A stretch of DNA of 64,000 nt from Octopus vulgaris (lineage: Eukaryota). Shown here one piece after another: positions 52,631 through 64,000 of this stretch. The DNA is taken from assembly GCA_951406725.2 (NCBI GenBank), contig OX597817.1, positions 112,220,001 to 112,284,000 on the forward strand. The letters are read 5' to 3'. The position numbers were made by a program, and so were the translations under genes. The notes beneath the pieces were generated by a model that was not told where the DNA came from, searched no databases, and saw nothing but the letters and a program-made list of their open reading frames with translations. Numbering within the stretch: position 1 is the first letter of the stretch; each line of letters starts with the position of its first letter.

Positions 52631-53049
52631 TACTCCTGGGTATGAAGTATAAAAAATGCATCTCTCTACCAAGCCATGTTAAACCAGTTGCCAGAGCAGG
52701 ATCATCAAACCTGTATGACCTCAAGCTCAAATTCACGACCTCCACATCAGTCTGTGATTGGTGGTGAGAACATACTGAGGTTTTCATCCAGAAGTGGAGT
52801 GAACTAAGGCAATCCAATCCAATACTTATGTCCAGAAGAGTCACAAGAACTGAAATAAATTTAAATATTACATAGTCTAGTTGTAGTTGATATAAGAATG
52901 TAAACTCATCCTCACTAAGCTTCTGCTGTGAGGAAAATAGAAAGGAATACCTCAACGCACTATGTCACTGTTTGTTGATTACGAACCTTGTTTCCTTCCC
53001 TCCAATCAACAGCACACACACAAAGGCACAAACATTATTGGTATGAATA

Positions 53050-53573
53050 CGAATTCATAGTCTGGATATAGAAGCTGGAGGTTTCAAAGCAGTTGTCCAT
53101 AGATATCCTCTTTTCCTTTGATTTTTATCTGCTGAGCAGCTGACCTCTATGATGGTACATACCTTTGCCTTCTTAAACAACAATATCCGGCCTGTTATGT
53201 TTACATCTGAGAGGAATATTCCACCAATATTCTTTGAGTTGGTGTTTATGAATGTATTCCATAACAGAGCAATTTTCTAAGTTTATTTCAGGACAGTCTT
53301 TTTTGCAGATAACCTAGTAAATTGTTTTCGCAACAACATCGTACCGCGTAAGGAGGTAGTACCGTAACGACATTTTAGGATACCTGCTAATCGCATGCGT
53401 AATGTCTTCCACAGAAACATGATATAGCTTACACATGTGGTTGCACCTTGGGATTACAAGAGCGTCACTGTCTCTTGTTCGCCAGGTATATTGTGGCAAT
53501 CTCCTGTTCCTGGATTGCAAACGCATAGTCTTCAATATGTGATGTGATGTAGTGGTCTTGTGTCCAAGAGAGG
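53050..53573 (-). mobile_element. Fragment of the (TACA)n-associated R4/Dong-like LINE (zinc knuckle/RLE)
   Basis: CKLYHVSVEDITHAISRYPKMSLRYYLLTRYDVVAKTIY (ORF 53314-53826); abuts (TATG)n at 53574. Confidence 0.8.
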
Positions 53574-53920
53574 ATGTATGTATGCGTGTATGTATGTATG
53601 TATGTATGTATGTATGTGTGTATGTATGTATGTATGTATGTATGTATGTATGTATGTATGTATGTACGTACGCATGTATGTATGTATGTATGTATGTATG
53701 TATGTATGTATGTATGTATGTATGTATGTATGTATGTATGTATGTATGTATGTATGTATGTATGTATTCATACAACAAAGCTGTATGTTTATAATTGCCC
53801 TTATAATGTATGTATTCATAAATCATGCTACAGAGTGTTACTTTAAATGTGATTAATAACTAAATATTACATAACATCTAATTTGTTTTAAAGTGATCCA
53901 TAATTATTTTCCTTTTTCAG

Positions 53921-53948
53921 GTACTGGGTTTCGAGCAGGTTTCCGGAG
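53921..53948 (+). other. Candidate 28-nt host micro-exon
   Basis: ttattttcctttttcag|GTACTGGGTTTCGAGCAGGTTTCCGGAG|gtaagt; stop-free in all three frames. Confidence 0.5.
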
Positions 53949-55573
53949 GTAAGTAATTTTTCTCCAGAGAGTGTGAAGGCTATATTGTTTCATAGCTGCA
54001 ATTTGAAAGTCAAATCTTGTTGCACTGTCTTTCATGTTGAGTCTGCCTGATGATTACTTTAATAGTAGAAGTGAATGTGAAATACTTAGTCACTTGCTCT
54101 CTGATACAATAACTAAGAAGTTCTGTTGATCGAACAACAGGAACTCTCATTCGTTGAAATCGAGGTGTAATTTGTTCATATTGCATCGTAGAAAAGAAAA
54201 CAAATTAACCTTTTAATACGTAAACGCCCATAACCAGCCTAAATATTCTATCTGGTTTGTGTTCAAACCGACCAACTCCAGCTTCTTACACCAACCCTAC
54301 GATGTCATTCTAAATATAAACAAACACATCATTGAAATTTAGCAGCTATTAGGTAACGCATGATTAATTCAAAACGGTGTGAAGAAATAAGCATTATATT
54401 TGACAGAGTAATCTGAAAGCTAAAGGGTTGGAATTGATTTCTTACATATACTACATCTTGTCTGAAAAAAAAAAAAAGATTAAAAAAGGGATGGTTGCAG
54501 TTGGGACACCTATGATTACGTTCACTCGACGAGAGCTGACTGGTGGTTAGACATCAACAATCCCATGTTTACTTACAATGAATTTTTTTTTTTTAATTGG
54601 AAGAGTAGAATCAATCTGGGGCGTTCATATTTTTAAGAATATTTTCAGACTGTATGAATTGGGTTCCTGGAAATCAATGTCTTACAGAAAGTTCTTGTCT
54701 TGGTATTTGAACTTCCGACTAATTGGTTCGCTAAATTTAGCTAATTATTTTTTGACAAGTGAACCAGAGAAAGACCCCTACACCCAATCTACAAAAAATA
54801 GCAAGCAAATTTTTTTCATATCCCACTTTCTGTCTTCAAAGAGGAAGAAGTACTGCGTCGTGGAATCTTAGATACACTGCGCCAAAAAATTATAGACGGA
54901 ATGATTATGGCTGGAATGACTTTAATCATTGGTTTGCTCGATAAGTGAAGGTATTTGGAAGTTCTAACGCCTCAGTTTCGCAATCACCCGTAGTAATGAG
55001 GTGTCTTGTATTGTCTCAAACAATTTCATAGAACACCAGTGTCCCTTGGAATGACGTATAATTGAGGCAGAGTACACAGTTCTTTATTTTGTTTATTTAC
55101 TGTTTGCTTCTTATGGAAATAAACAGTTTCCTCTTGAAGTTTTCTGTTGGGATAATACCAGGAAGTCAATCTTTGTTAAGATGGTGGTAACAGTTATAGT
55201 TAGATCGAATTTTTTAAAAATGTTTACAAGGTTCTTTATGGTATGGCTACTCATATGGCTTTAGATTGCCAGGTCATTGTTCCTGTAAGAGAGTAGAACT
55301 GTGGGAGTGTATTGGTCTTTTACGTTATTTATGATAAACAATCCAATAGGGTCAAGTCAGTAAATTGGCCGTGTCGTAACTTGTCACACGGTGGATTCTT
55401 TTATTCATCACGCGACAATGTAAACAACCTGGAGATGGTTGAAGATTAGCTAAACTGTTTCTGTGTAAGTTGCAACATATGTAACAAGTATTGCTTTGTT
55501 GTGAAACGATCGTAGTCCGTGTTTTACATGTTCCATTCTTTACATTCTCGGATTTACACACACACACACACAC

Positions 55574-55607
<34 letters not shown>

Positions 55608-55609
<2 letters not shown>

Positions 55610-55760
55610 TAACAGAGCAGGCGGTGGAGATGCAAATAGACGTCTTCATGTGTTTCATAGATTACATAAAGGCCTTCGACAAAGCAAGACATAACATATC
55701 ATTTGAAGAACCCTGTAACCTTGATCTGCAAGAAAAAAACCCACTGAATCTTGCAGAACC
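55608..55760 (+). mobile_element. RTE RT fragment
   Basis: EQAVEMQIDVFMCFIDYIKAFDKARH (ORF 55519-55788). Confidence 0.7.
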
Positions 55761-55986
55761 TGTAAAACCAATCAGCATGCATAAATAGGAAACTGCTTCG
55801 TGAGATAAGGGAAAAACCACTGAGAATTGATATTTCTTGATTTTGTCATAGGAAAAAGGGCCTGGAGCATTTAGTGATGGCCAGAAAGGTTGAAGGGGAA
55901 AAAAGTAAAGGAAGTGAACAAAGAACAGAATTGTGAAAGGACATGATCGCCCATGTCCTATATACATTCTGGACATAGAGCGCAAA

Positions 55987-56030
<44 letters not shown>

Positions 56031-56881
56031 ATAGAGAAATCATAAAGTAAATGTATGACGTATGTTTTCCTGATATCGCCCCAGTTTTAATGCAGTGGAT
56101 GCTTTATTCAAATCATTTGAATTGAAAAAAAGAAGTTGTCCATTGTCTTTGAGAGCTGAGTTGATAAGTTTCCGGTGTTTTATAGGAAACAGTAAATCTA
56201 AAAGTCAGTGATACAAGTTTAAACAAGACTGGTTGCTAGGTATTGCCTCACTTCTTTAATCCATATTTCGATTTTCTAATTAAAAATGGAGATTGAAAAT
56301 GCAATAATCAATTTTATTGATGTTCTCCGATTAAAAACAAAAATTATTTAGCAAAATAAATTATTGAGGGGAAATATTTCGATTTTATTATTTTTCATCA
56401 CTTCATCTTATTTAGGGGCAATTAATGTATTTATCGGAACAGATTAGATTTATCTCCCATAAACTTCGTTCGGAGAAAGAGAAAGAGATATGTTTTGGTT
56501 TAGGATACAATATTTAGCAGAGTGTGATGTTCTGGTGGTGAGGTTAAAGAGAGAGATAGAAAGGGGAGGTAGTTATATTGAGAGAGAAAGAGAGAGAGAG
56601 AAAGAGGGAGAGAGGCAGATATCATTTGTATTATCAGAGAAGAGATACATCGACAGCAAAAGTAGATATATACAAACGGCTGAACTGAAATGAGCATTGT
56701 AACTGGAAAATTTAGTGATGATGATAATTGTGGTGGTGGTGCTAGTTGTGGTTGTGTGTTGATAGTGAAAAGTATTTTCTTAACTAATCTTTTTTTTATA
56801 ACGATCATCGCTTAACGCATGCGCATTAGTGCAATTATTTATCGTCTGCTCATATAAAAGAAAACTGATATTTGTTTAAAA

Positions 56882-57205
56882 GACCCCCTTCGGTCATGAA
56901 TGACCATGGGATTGCACCTAGAAAGTTACCCTCCTAGACACAAGTCTGGGCATGGTTGTTTATGGAAGACCAGCAGTCGCCCATGCATACCAGCCTCCCC
57001 TCTCCACGCCACCATGTTATCCAAGGGAAAGACAAAGGTCGATACAGCTTGGTACCAGTGACGTCGCAACTCATTTCTACAGCTGAGTGAACTGGAGCAA
57101 CGTGAAATAAAGTGCCTTGCTCAAGAACACAACACGCAGCCCGGTCCGGGATTCGAGCTCACAACCTCACGATCGTAAGCTCGACGCTCTAACCACTGAG
57201 CCATA
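56882..57205 (-). mobile_element. SINE family B
   Basis: Highly similar to 12120-12456. Confidence 0.9.
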
Positions 57206-57734
57206 AGGGTTAATTTAGAACAAACTATGGGTTCACAAGAAACATAGCTGCAAGCTGCCCGAGAAAGAATGCGCAAATATAGAGCACAGATCAGAGAGGA
57301 TCAGCGAGATGATATGATAAAAAGAGAAAAAAGAGAACACCGACGAAGACGTGAGGAAATGAATGCAGACGAACGTCAAGTATATTCAAAGAAAGCTAAA
57401 CTATGAATACTATAAAAACGCAGATCATCCTTTCATAAATAGGTCCTCTTAATTGTTTTCATTTCCTGGAACTTACACGGATTCCACTAGTAATAATGTT
57501 AATGTAATACGTGGTTTCATATATATATATTGGGAGAGTTTACGAAAAAAACAAAAGACAAAGACAGGTGGTGTACAAAACAAACAGATGTATTAATATA
57601 ACGCCCAGGAATAGAAAAAGTCTTTTACGTTTCGAGCCAACAGAAAGGGACACAGAAAAAACAAGGAGAGAAAAAAATGTGTGTAGTGGATAACAATCTA
57701 TCATGGCGACTCCATATATATATATAAGATGGAG

Positions 57735-58900
57735 GTGGAAATAACACAGAAGTATATCTAAGCCATTTCAATTTAAGAAGGAATTTAATAAAATTGATTA
57801 AAAAATTATATAAAGAAAATATTTCCGGTTTTGATTATGAATCTAATCTTAACAAATATCAGTAAAAATTTATAAAAATTTGAATTAAAAACAGTTTATC
57901 TTCTTATTTCTTTACTGCCCACAAGAGGTTACACCCAGAGGGGACAAACAAAGGCAGACAAACGGATTAAGTCGATTATATCAACCCCAGTACGTAACTG
58001 GTACTTATTTAATCGACCTCGAAAGGATGAAAGGCAAAGTCGACCTCGGCGGAATTTGAACTCAGAACGTAGCGGCAGACGAAATACCTATTTCTTTATT
58101 ACCCACAAGGGGCTAAACATAGAGGGGACAAACAAGGACAGACATAGGTATTAAGTCGATTACATCGACCCCAGTGCGTAACTGGTACTTAATTTATCGA
58201 CCCCGAAAGGATGAAAGGCAAAGTCGACCTCTTTGCGGCAGACGAAATACCGCTAAGCATTTCGCCCGGCGTGCTAACGTTTCTTATTTCTTTATTGCTC
58301 ACAAGGGGCTAAACATAGAGGGGACAAAGAAGGACAGACAAACGGATTAAGTCGATTACATCGGTCCCAGTGCGTAACTGATACTTAATTTATCGACCCC
58401 GAAAGGATTATAGGCAAAGTCGACCTCGGCGGAATTTGAACTCAGAACGTAGCGGCAGACGAAATACTTATTTCTTTACTACCCACAAGGAGCTAAACAC
58501 AGAGGGGACAAACAAGGACAGACAAACGGATTAAGTCGATTATATCGAGCCCAGTGCGTAACTGATACTTATTTAATCGACCCCGAAAGGATGAAAGGCA
58601 AAGACGACCTCGGCGGAATTTGAACTCAGAACGTAGCGGCAGACGAAATGCCGCTAAGCATTTCGCCCGGTGTGCTAACGATTCTGCCAGCTCGCCTTAA
58701 AAACAGTTTATCTTCTGTCTGGGGGTCAAACAGGAGATAAACTATTTTTAATTCAAATTTTTATAAATGTTTACTGATATCTGATAAGGTGAGATTCATC
58801 ATCGAAACCGGAAGTATTTTATTTATATAATTTTAAAATCCTTTTTATTAAATTCCTTCTCAAATTGAAAAGCCTTAGATTTACTTTTGTGTGACTCCCA
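57735..58900. repeat. Large imperfect palindrome (arms ~185 bp, ~5-nt loop) interrupted by a SINE array
   Basis: 57735-57900 is the reverse complement of ~58736-58900; apex ttctgtctg-ggggt-caaacagga. Confidence 0.85.
57905..58696 (-). mobile_element. Four-unit head-to-tail SINE family C array with one 17-20 bp TSD
   Basis: Tails tatttcttta at ~57905, ~58088, ~58285 and ~58468; ttaaaaacagtttatcttct at 57885-57904 and 58697-58716. Confidence 0.9.
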
Positions 58901-58974
58901 CAAAAAAAAGATGGACACACACACACACACACTTTTATGTTCCTGTTCGTCGGACAGTTGTGACGAAAACTAAA

Positions 58975-59012
58975 CTGTCCGACGAACAGGAACGTGAAAC
59001 TCTGGGTAACAG
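58975..59012 (+). ncRNA. Minimal type-I hammerhead-like motif (U4C variant) in a palindromic element
   Basis: ctgt-CCGACGA-acaggaacgt-GAAA-ctctgg-GTA-acag. Confidence 0.5.
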
Positions 59013-59142
59013 CTTTTGTGATAATTTTGCAGCTTTAATAAAAGCAAATATTACTCTACCTTTGGTTTTCAAGTACTATTATTTTCACCTTGTTTGCACT
59101 TATGTACTCACCTGTGCGCCCGCGCATGTGTATAAAGTAAAG

Positions 59143-59470
59143 ACTCCCTTCGGTCACAAATGACCATGGCATTGCACCTCAAAGGTTCCCCTCCGAGGCA
59201 CAAGTCCAGGCGAAGATTTTTCTGAAAGACCAGCAGTCGCCCATACGTAGCAGTTTCCCCCTCTACGCCACTGATGTTGCCCAAGGGAGAGGCAAGGGCC
59301 AATACAGCTTGGAACCAATGACGTCGCAACTTATTTCTACAACTGAGTAAAACTGGAGTGATGTGAGATAAAGTGTCTTCCTCAAGATCACAACATAGTC
59401 CGGTCCGAGAATCGAACTCACAATCTCAAGATTGTAAGCCCGATGCTCTAAGCAATGAGTCATGCGTCTC
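59143..59470 (-). mobile_element. SINE family B, older copy
   Basis: Aligns to 56882-57205. Confidence 0.85.
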
Positions 59471-59481
59471 CACACATACAC

Positions 59482-59565
<84 letters not shown>

Positions 59566-59854
59566 GTGTGTATATGTGTGTGTGCGTGTGTGTGTGTGTA
59601 TTGAGATATTACAAAAGTCAGCATGAGATAATGCTCATCTTGGAGCTTAGCTTCCGTATCCTAGACGCTGTTGCTGTCACACACATAAACGGAGAATACC
59701 CTTGGCCTATACAAAATAAGGATGTTCAACTAATCTTCTTGCCAACATTTTACAAATACTAACTCAAGGACGCTTCGTTTCCATAACTTCTACCCTGCTG
59801 AATTATCTCGCTGAAATCAAAAATCCATCTCGGTCCATTTGACAAAGAAAAGGT

Positions 59855-60830
59855 GGGAGAGGTTTAAGCAATTGCCGGGACTATATCGAAGCAGAGGAAA
59901 GGAGCCTAGGGTGGTATATAAAAAATGCCGTGGAGCCACTGTTGAAACACACGAAGAAGGCCGGCGTTATCAACACTGAAAATTGTGTAACTAAAGAAAA
60001 ATTTAAACTAGAAATGAACAAAAAAAGTATGGAAAGAAAAGAAAATGTCCGGTTAGTTTGCAGATGCGAACGCCAAGACAGATTCAGAGGACCGGTGGCT
60101 ATGGATGAGGAGAAGTGACCTGATGATAGAGACAGAAACTGTCATGTGTGTAGCCCAGGAACAAACGTTAAGGACCAACTATAAGAAGTGCAGAATAGAC
60201 AATACTACGAATAGCGACAAAGGCAGAATGTGTGGTGAAAGGGATGAAACAGTATGGCACATCGTAAGCGAATGCCCGAAATTGGCACAACGCGAATACA
60301 AAAGACGCCATGACAATGTGGAAAGAATGATCCACTGGGAACTCTGTGGAAATCACTGCCTACAAAGAGCAAAGGCGTGGTATCAGCAAACCCCAGAAGG
60401 AGTCACCGAAATGAGAATTTCAAAATCCCGTGGGATGTAATGTTCCAGTGCGATCACTTGACCAGACATCGGAAACCGAACATTGTTGTCGTGAATAAAA
60501 AAGAAAGAGCATGCATGATAATTGACATGGCATGCCCCGGTGACAACAGAGTCAATGTGAAAGAAGAAGAAAATGTAAACAACTATGACGATTTGAAGTG
60601 GGAAATACGAAGGTTGTGGTCAACAAAGGGAGTAGACGTGATACCAATAGTATTTGGTGTATTTGGAAGTATCAGCACTCAACTGCCAGCATAGCTGAAA
60701 AAGATTGGTGCAAGTATGAAGGTAGAACACCTACAAAAATCAGCATTGCTTGGAACTGCAAGAATTCTTCGCAAGGTTCTTGAAGCATGACTAGTAAACA
60801 AGTGTCACCTTAGTCTGATGGCTAAGGAAA
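59855..60830 (+). mobile_element. 3' fragment of an R4/Dong-like LINE
   Basis: AQEQTLRTNY...MCGERDETVWHIVSECPKLAQREYKRRHD; RKPNIVVV..IIDMACPGD; LQKSALLGTARILRKVLEA*. Confidence 0.92.
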
Positions 60831-61203
60831 AAGAATGATGTATAGCCTTACTGAGGAAATATTGATAATGCATTAAATTTTTATATATTTTATGTATTTG
60901 TATGCATGAAAATTAAAAGTACATTTTCATGTAATAAATGTTTTCGTTTGATAGTCTAACTGAAAATATATTGGTGTACATATTCATAAGGCGAGCTTGA
61001 CATAACCCAAATAACAATGAGAGAAGGAAAAAAAAGGATCACATGTAGCTTCGAGTCTTTTGTACAGAAAAAGGTTTTAGTGTACACACGTATGTATGTT
61101 GCTGCTAAATGGGGTTTGCTAATAAAAGTTCTCTCTCTCTCTCACTCTGTCTGTCTGACCCTGTCTGTTTGTCTGTCTGACTCTGTTTGTCTGTCTGACT
61201 GAC

Positions 61204-61244
<41 letters not shown>

Positions 61245-61659
61245 ATCTCTCTCTCTCTCACACACACATTGTCAAGCAATATATAACTGGTTATTTTACT
61301 GATCAGATAGTTACCGTTGGTTGCCTGAAGAGCCATCATTATTGTGTAGTGGCAACGTAAGGCAGCGTGCTGACAGAATCGTTAGCACGCCGTGGAAAAT
61401 GCTGAGCGACATTTCGTCCATCAATTTTGCCTTTCATCTTAATGCTATATAGCAAGTAAGCAAAACAGGGTGGAAAAAATAGTACATGAATACCGAAGGT
61501 AGAGTAACATGCTTTTATAAAGCTGAAAAAATTCTTCGCAAACTGTTACTCAGCGTTTTACATTACCGCTTGCCTGACAGTTGAGATCACAACTGTTCGA
61601 AGAACTATAACGTGAAAATATGAGTTACAGTATGCGAAAATGCTTTCAGCTTTAATAAA

Positions 61660-61690
<31 letters not shown>

Positions 61691-61830
61691 CAAGATTAAT
61701 CAGCCGAAATTACTACGATGATCCGGTTCTTGACTGAAGACTGAGGGCTTCGGATGTCCTGTCTGTGTTTGTTGTATCGTCTTCTAAGTTTTTATGCGTT
61801 CTTGTCTCAGTTTGTATTTTTCTACATATC

Positions 61831-61892
<62 letters not shown>

Positions 61893-62223
61893 ATCCTATC
61901 CAATTGACAACGTGGCTGAGGTAGGTACAATAAATTCAGGGTGAATACTTGATAAATGTAATCACCTATATATGCCAGCTAGTGGCATAGGTGAGAGGAT
62001 ATATGTATCAAATGAAATAAAATGAAAAACAGGACACTGAGTGAGAAAACGGTATGGACGATTTTTGGGAGTCTAATAGTACCCTGTACGCCTATTTGAT
62101 TATGAAGATTTACAAACATACTTTCCCAGTGATACTCGGTTTACCTACCATTATGAATAATACCAAATGTTCTTTCTCAAACCCTTCATAATGTGATACA
62201 AGTCTTTGGCGTAGCAATTGCAT

Positions 62224-62316
62224 GCGGCTGAAGAGGGCTTTTAAACTATCTGTTATGTCGATTATGCATTGATGTAAGAATTAGTTGTTTTATAAAGCTC
62301 GAAACATGTGTACCGC
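62224..62316 (+). ncRNA. Type-I hammerhead ribozyme candidate
   Basis: gcgg-CTGAAGA-gggcttt...aaagctc-GAAA-catgt-GTA-ccgc; all three stems can pair. Confidence 0.65.
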
Positions 62317-62402
62317 GACATCCTTTGTGTCCTGTTTTTCATTTTATTTCATTTGATGTATATATATATATATATATATATGTATATGTATATATTCTTA
62401 GT

Positions 62403-62700
62403 CTTTTATTCTTTTACTTGTTTCAGTCGAGTGCGGCTATGCAGGAGCACCGCCTTTAGTCGAACAAATCGACCCCAGGACTTATTATTTATAAGCCTAG
62501 TACTTATTCTATTAGTCTCTTTTGCCGAGATGCTAAGTTACGTGGACATAAACTCACCAACATCGGTTGTGAAGCGATGATTGGGCGGAAAACACAGACA
62601 TACAAACACACTTATACATACATATACATATATATATGGGGGGGGGGATTGAAACCGGAGCCATGTGGTTGGGAAGCAAGCTTCTTACCACACAGCCACA
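62403..62700 (-). mobile_element. SINE family A (deleted copy); a further head lies at 63250-63385
   Basis: Aligns to 11147-11594. Confidence 0.8.
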
Positions 62701-62904
62701 CAGCCATATATTTAAAGTATAATTATGAATATAAAATTATAATTAAGGGCGCTGGAGGAACAGCGCCTGTACGCTTGAAACAGACGTCATATATATATAT
62801 ATATATATATATACTAAATATACATAAGGATATTATTGCTTACAATAATATCAAGTGGTATAGCATGCGGAAAAAATACCATGAGGTAAAAATTTATTAT
62901 TTAA

Positions 62905-63235
62905 TAATTATGGGCACTACAGGTAGCACTCGTACGCTAAAAATAGTAGTCAGAAGACAACTACAACCACAAATTTTCACTGATATTCAGTAATTGAAGT
63001 TGGGGGAATGAGCAAAAATTCTAACCCCCCTCTAGCTGAGGAGAACTGAGGAGAACTAACTTCCACAAAATTCGAAATCGTAACGATACGAGTATGCCTG
63101 GCTTTTCAATTTACGATTCTGTTTTTGCCATTCTCCGACTTCAATTAATGTGTAATAGTGAAAATTTGTAGCTGTAGCTATTTTCTGACTGCTATTTTTA
63201 GCATGCCGGTGCTACCTGTAGTGCCCTTAATTATT
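62905..63235. repeat. Inverted repeat (arms ~62905-63020 and ~63120-63235)
   Basis: gggcactacaggtagcac...gctaaaaatag versus ctatttttagc...gtgctacctgtagtgccc. Confidence 0.85.
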
Positions 63236-63760
63236 ACCACGCACATATATACGACGGGTCTCTTTCAGTTCCGTACACCAAATCCACTCACAAGACTTTG
63301 GTCAGCCCAAGGCTATAGTAGAAGAAACTTGCACAAAGTGCCCCGCAGTGGGACTAAACCCGGAGCAAACTTCTTACCACACAGCCATATATTTAAATAT
63401 CTAATTATAATTAAGGGTGCTGGAAAGACACCATTCATTCATGTACTCATAAAATTTACTCATCCTTCATGAAGCTCCATAAGACGCGATATAGGGAATG
63501 AAGTATTTAGCAAACCTATTTCTTCCTCTATTAGTAATTAATTATCACCCAGAATTTTCTAAAATCTTTTTCCCCGTCATGCCTAACCCCCCAAACGTTT
63601 TTGGTCTCCCATCATCCTACGCTAAAAATTTCTTTACATATATAAGCGTGAATTATTGTAAAAGTGATCGGTATTTGACACAATAGCTGACGACCAACAT
63701 AATGTAACCCTTAAATTTTCCTTTCTCTTATATTTCTTTGAACCTTGCTATCTATTTCCT

Positions 63761-63849
63761 TATTTGCTGATGAAGGGGACATTGTCAGTGTGAAACTAAA
63801 GGATTCATACTTTGTAGACGAACAGACTCCAGAAACGGCCGTCGAAATA
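63761..63849 (+). ncRNA. Hammerhead ribozyme-like motif
   Basis: tatttg-CTGATGA-agggg...ctcca-GAAA-cggcc-GTC-gaaata; palindromic stem III acggccgt; a mismatch at the base of stems I and II. Confidence 0.55.
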
Positions 63850-64000
63850 CATCTTATATGGTGCTATAGCCCTCTAAAAAAAATTTCTTTAGAACTCTTA
63901 AAACAAATATATCCTTATTATTTCTCTGACTTTTAAATCCATCATTAAGATTTCTTACTGCCGTCGATGTATCTTACAACTTTTAATCATTAATTCAACA

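Noticed and set aside
54700-55460. Possible old LINE fragment on the minus strand
   Set aside because: No diagnostic motif could be read with confidence.
57905-58696. tRNA gene cluster or CRISPR array
   Set aside because: The units are SINE bodies with only box A/B-like heads; no complete cloverleaf and no unique spacers.

Overview
AT-rich animal nuclear DNA made almost entirely of repeats; no intact host gene was found. The cytochrome b insert reads in the invertebrate mitochondrial code, and the SINE families and very dense microsatellites resemble those of Octopus, so a coleoid cephalopod source is inferred but not proven. Contents: decayed RTE LINEs; several R4/Dong-like restriction-endonuclease (RLE) LINEs, one nearly full length at 19.1-22.95 kb; a young Tx1/L1-like 3' fragment; Penelope-like remnants; a mariner and a mariner MITE; three hAT relics; Helitrons; at least three tRNA-derived SINE families; a 166-bp satellite; and several foldback palindromes. 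One 28-nt candidate micro-exon suggests the window may be intronic. Most notable: (1) a mitochondrial cytb fragment inserted inside a Helitron helicase remnant; (2) about six hammerhead-ribozyme-like cores, several in palindromic elements; (3) LINE families each associated with a different microsatellite; (4) a four-unit SINE inserted with one target-site duplication, whose tail matches the 3' end of the nearby Tx1-like LINE. All calls were made by eye without database searches, so most element boundaries are approximate.
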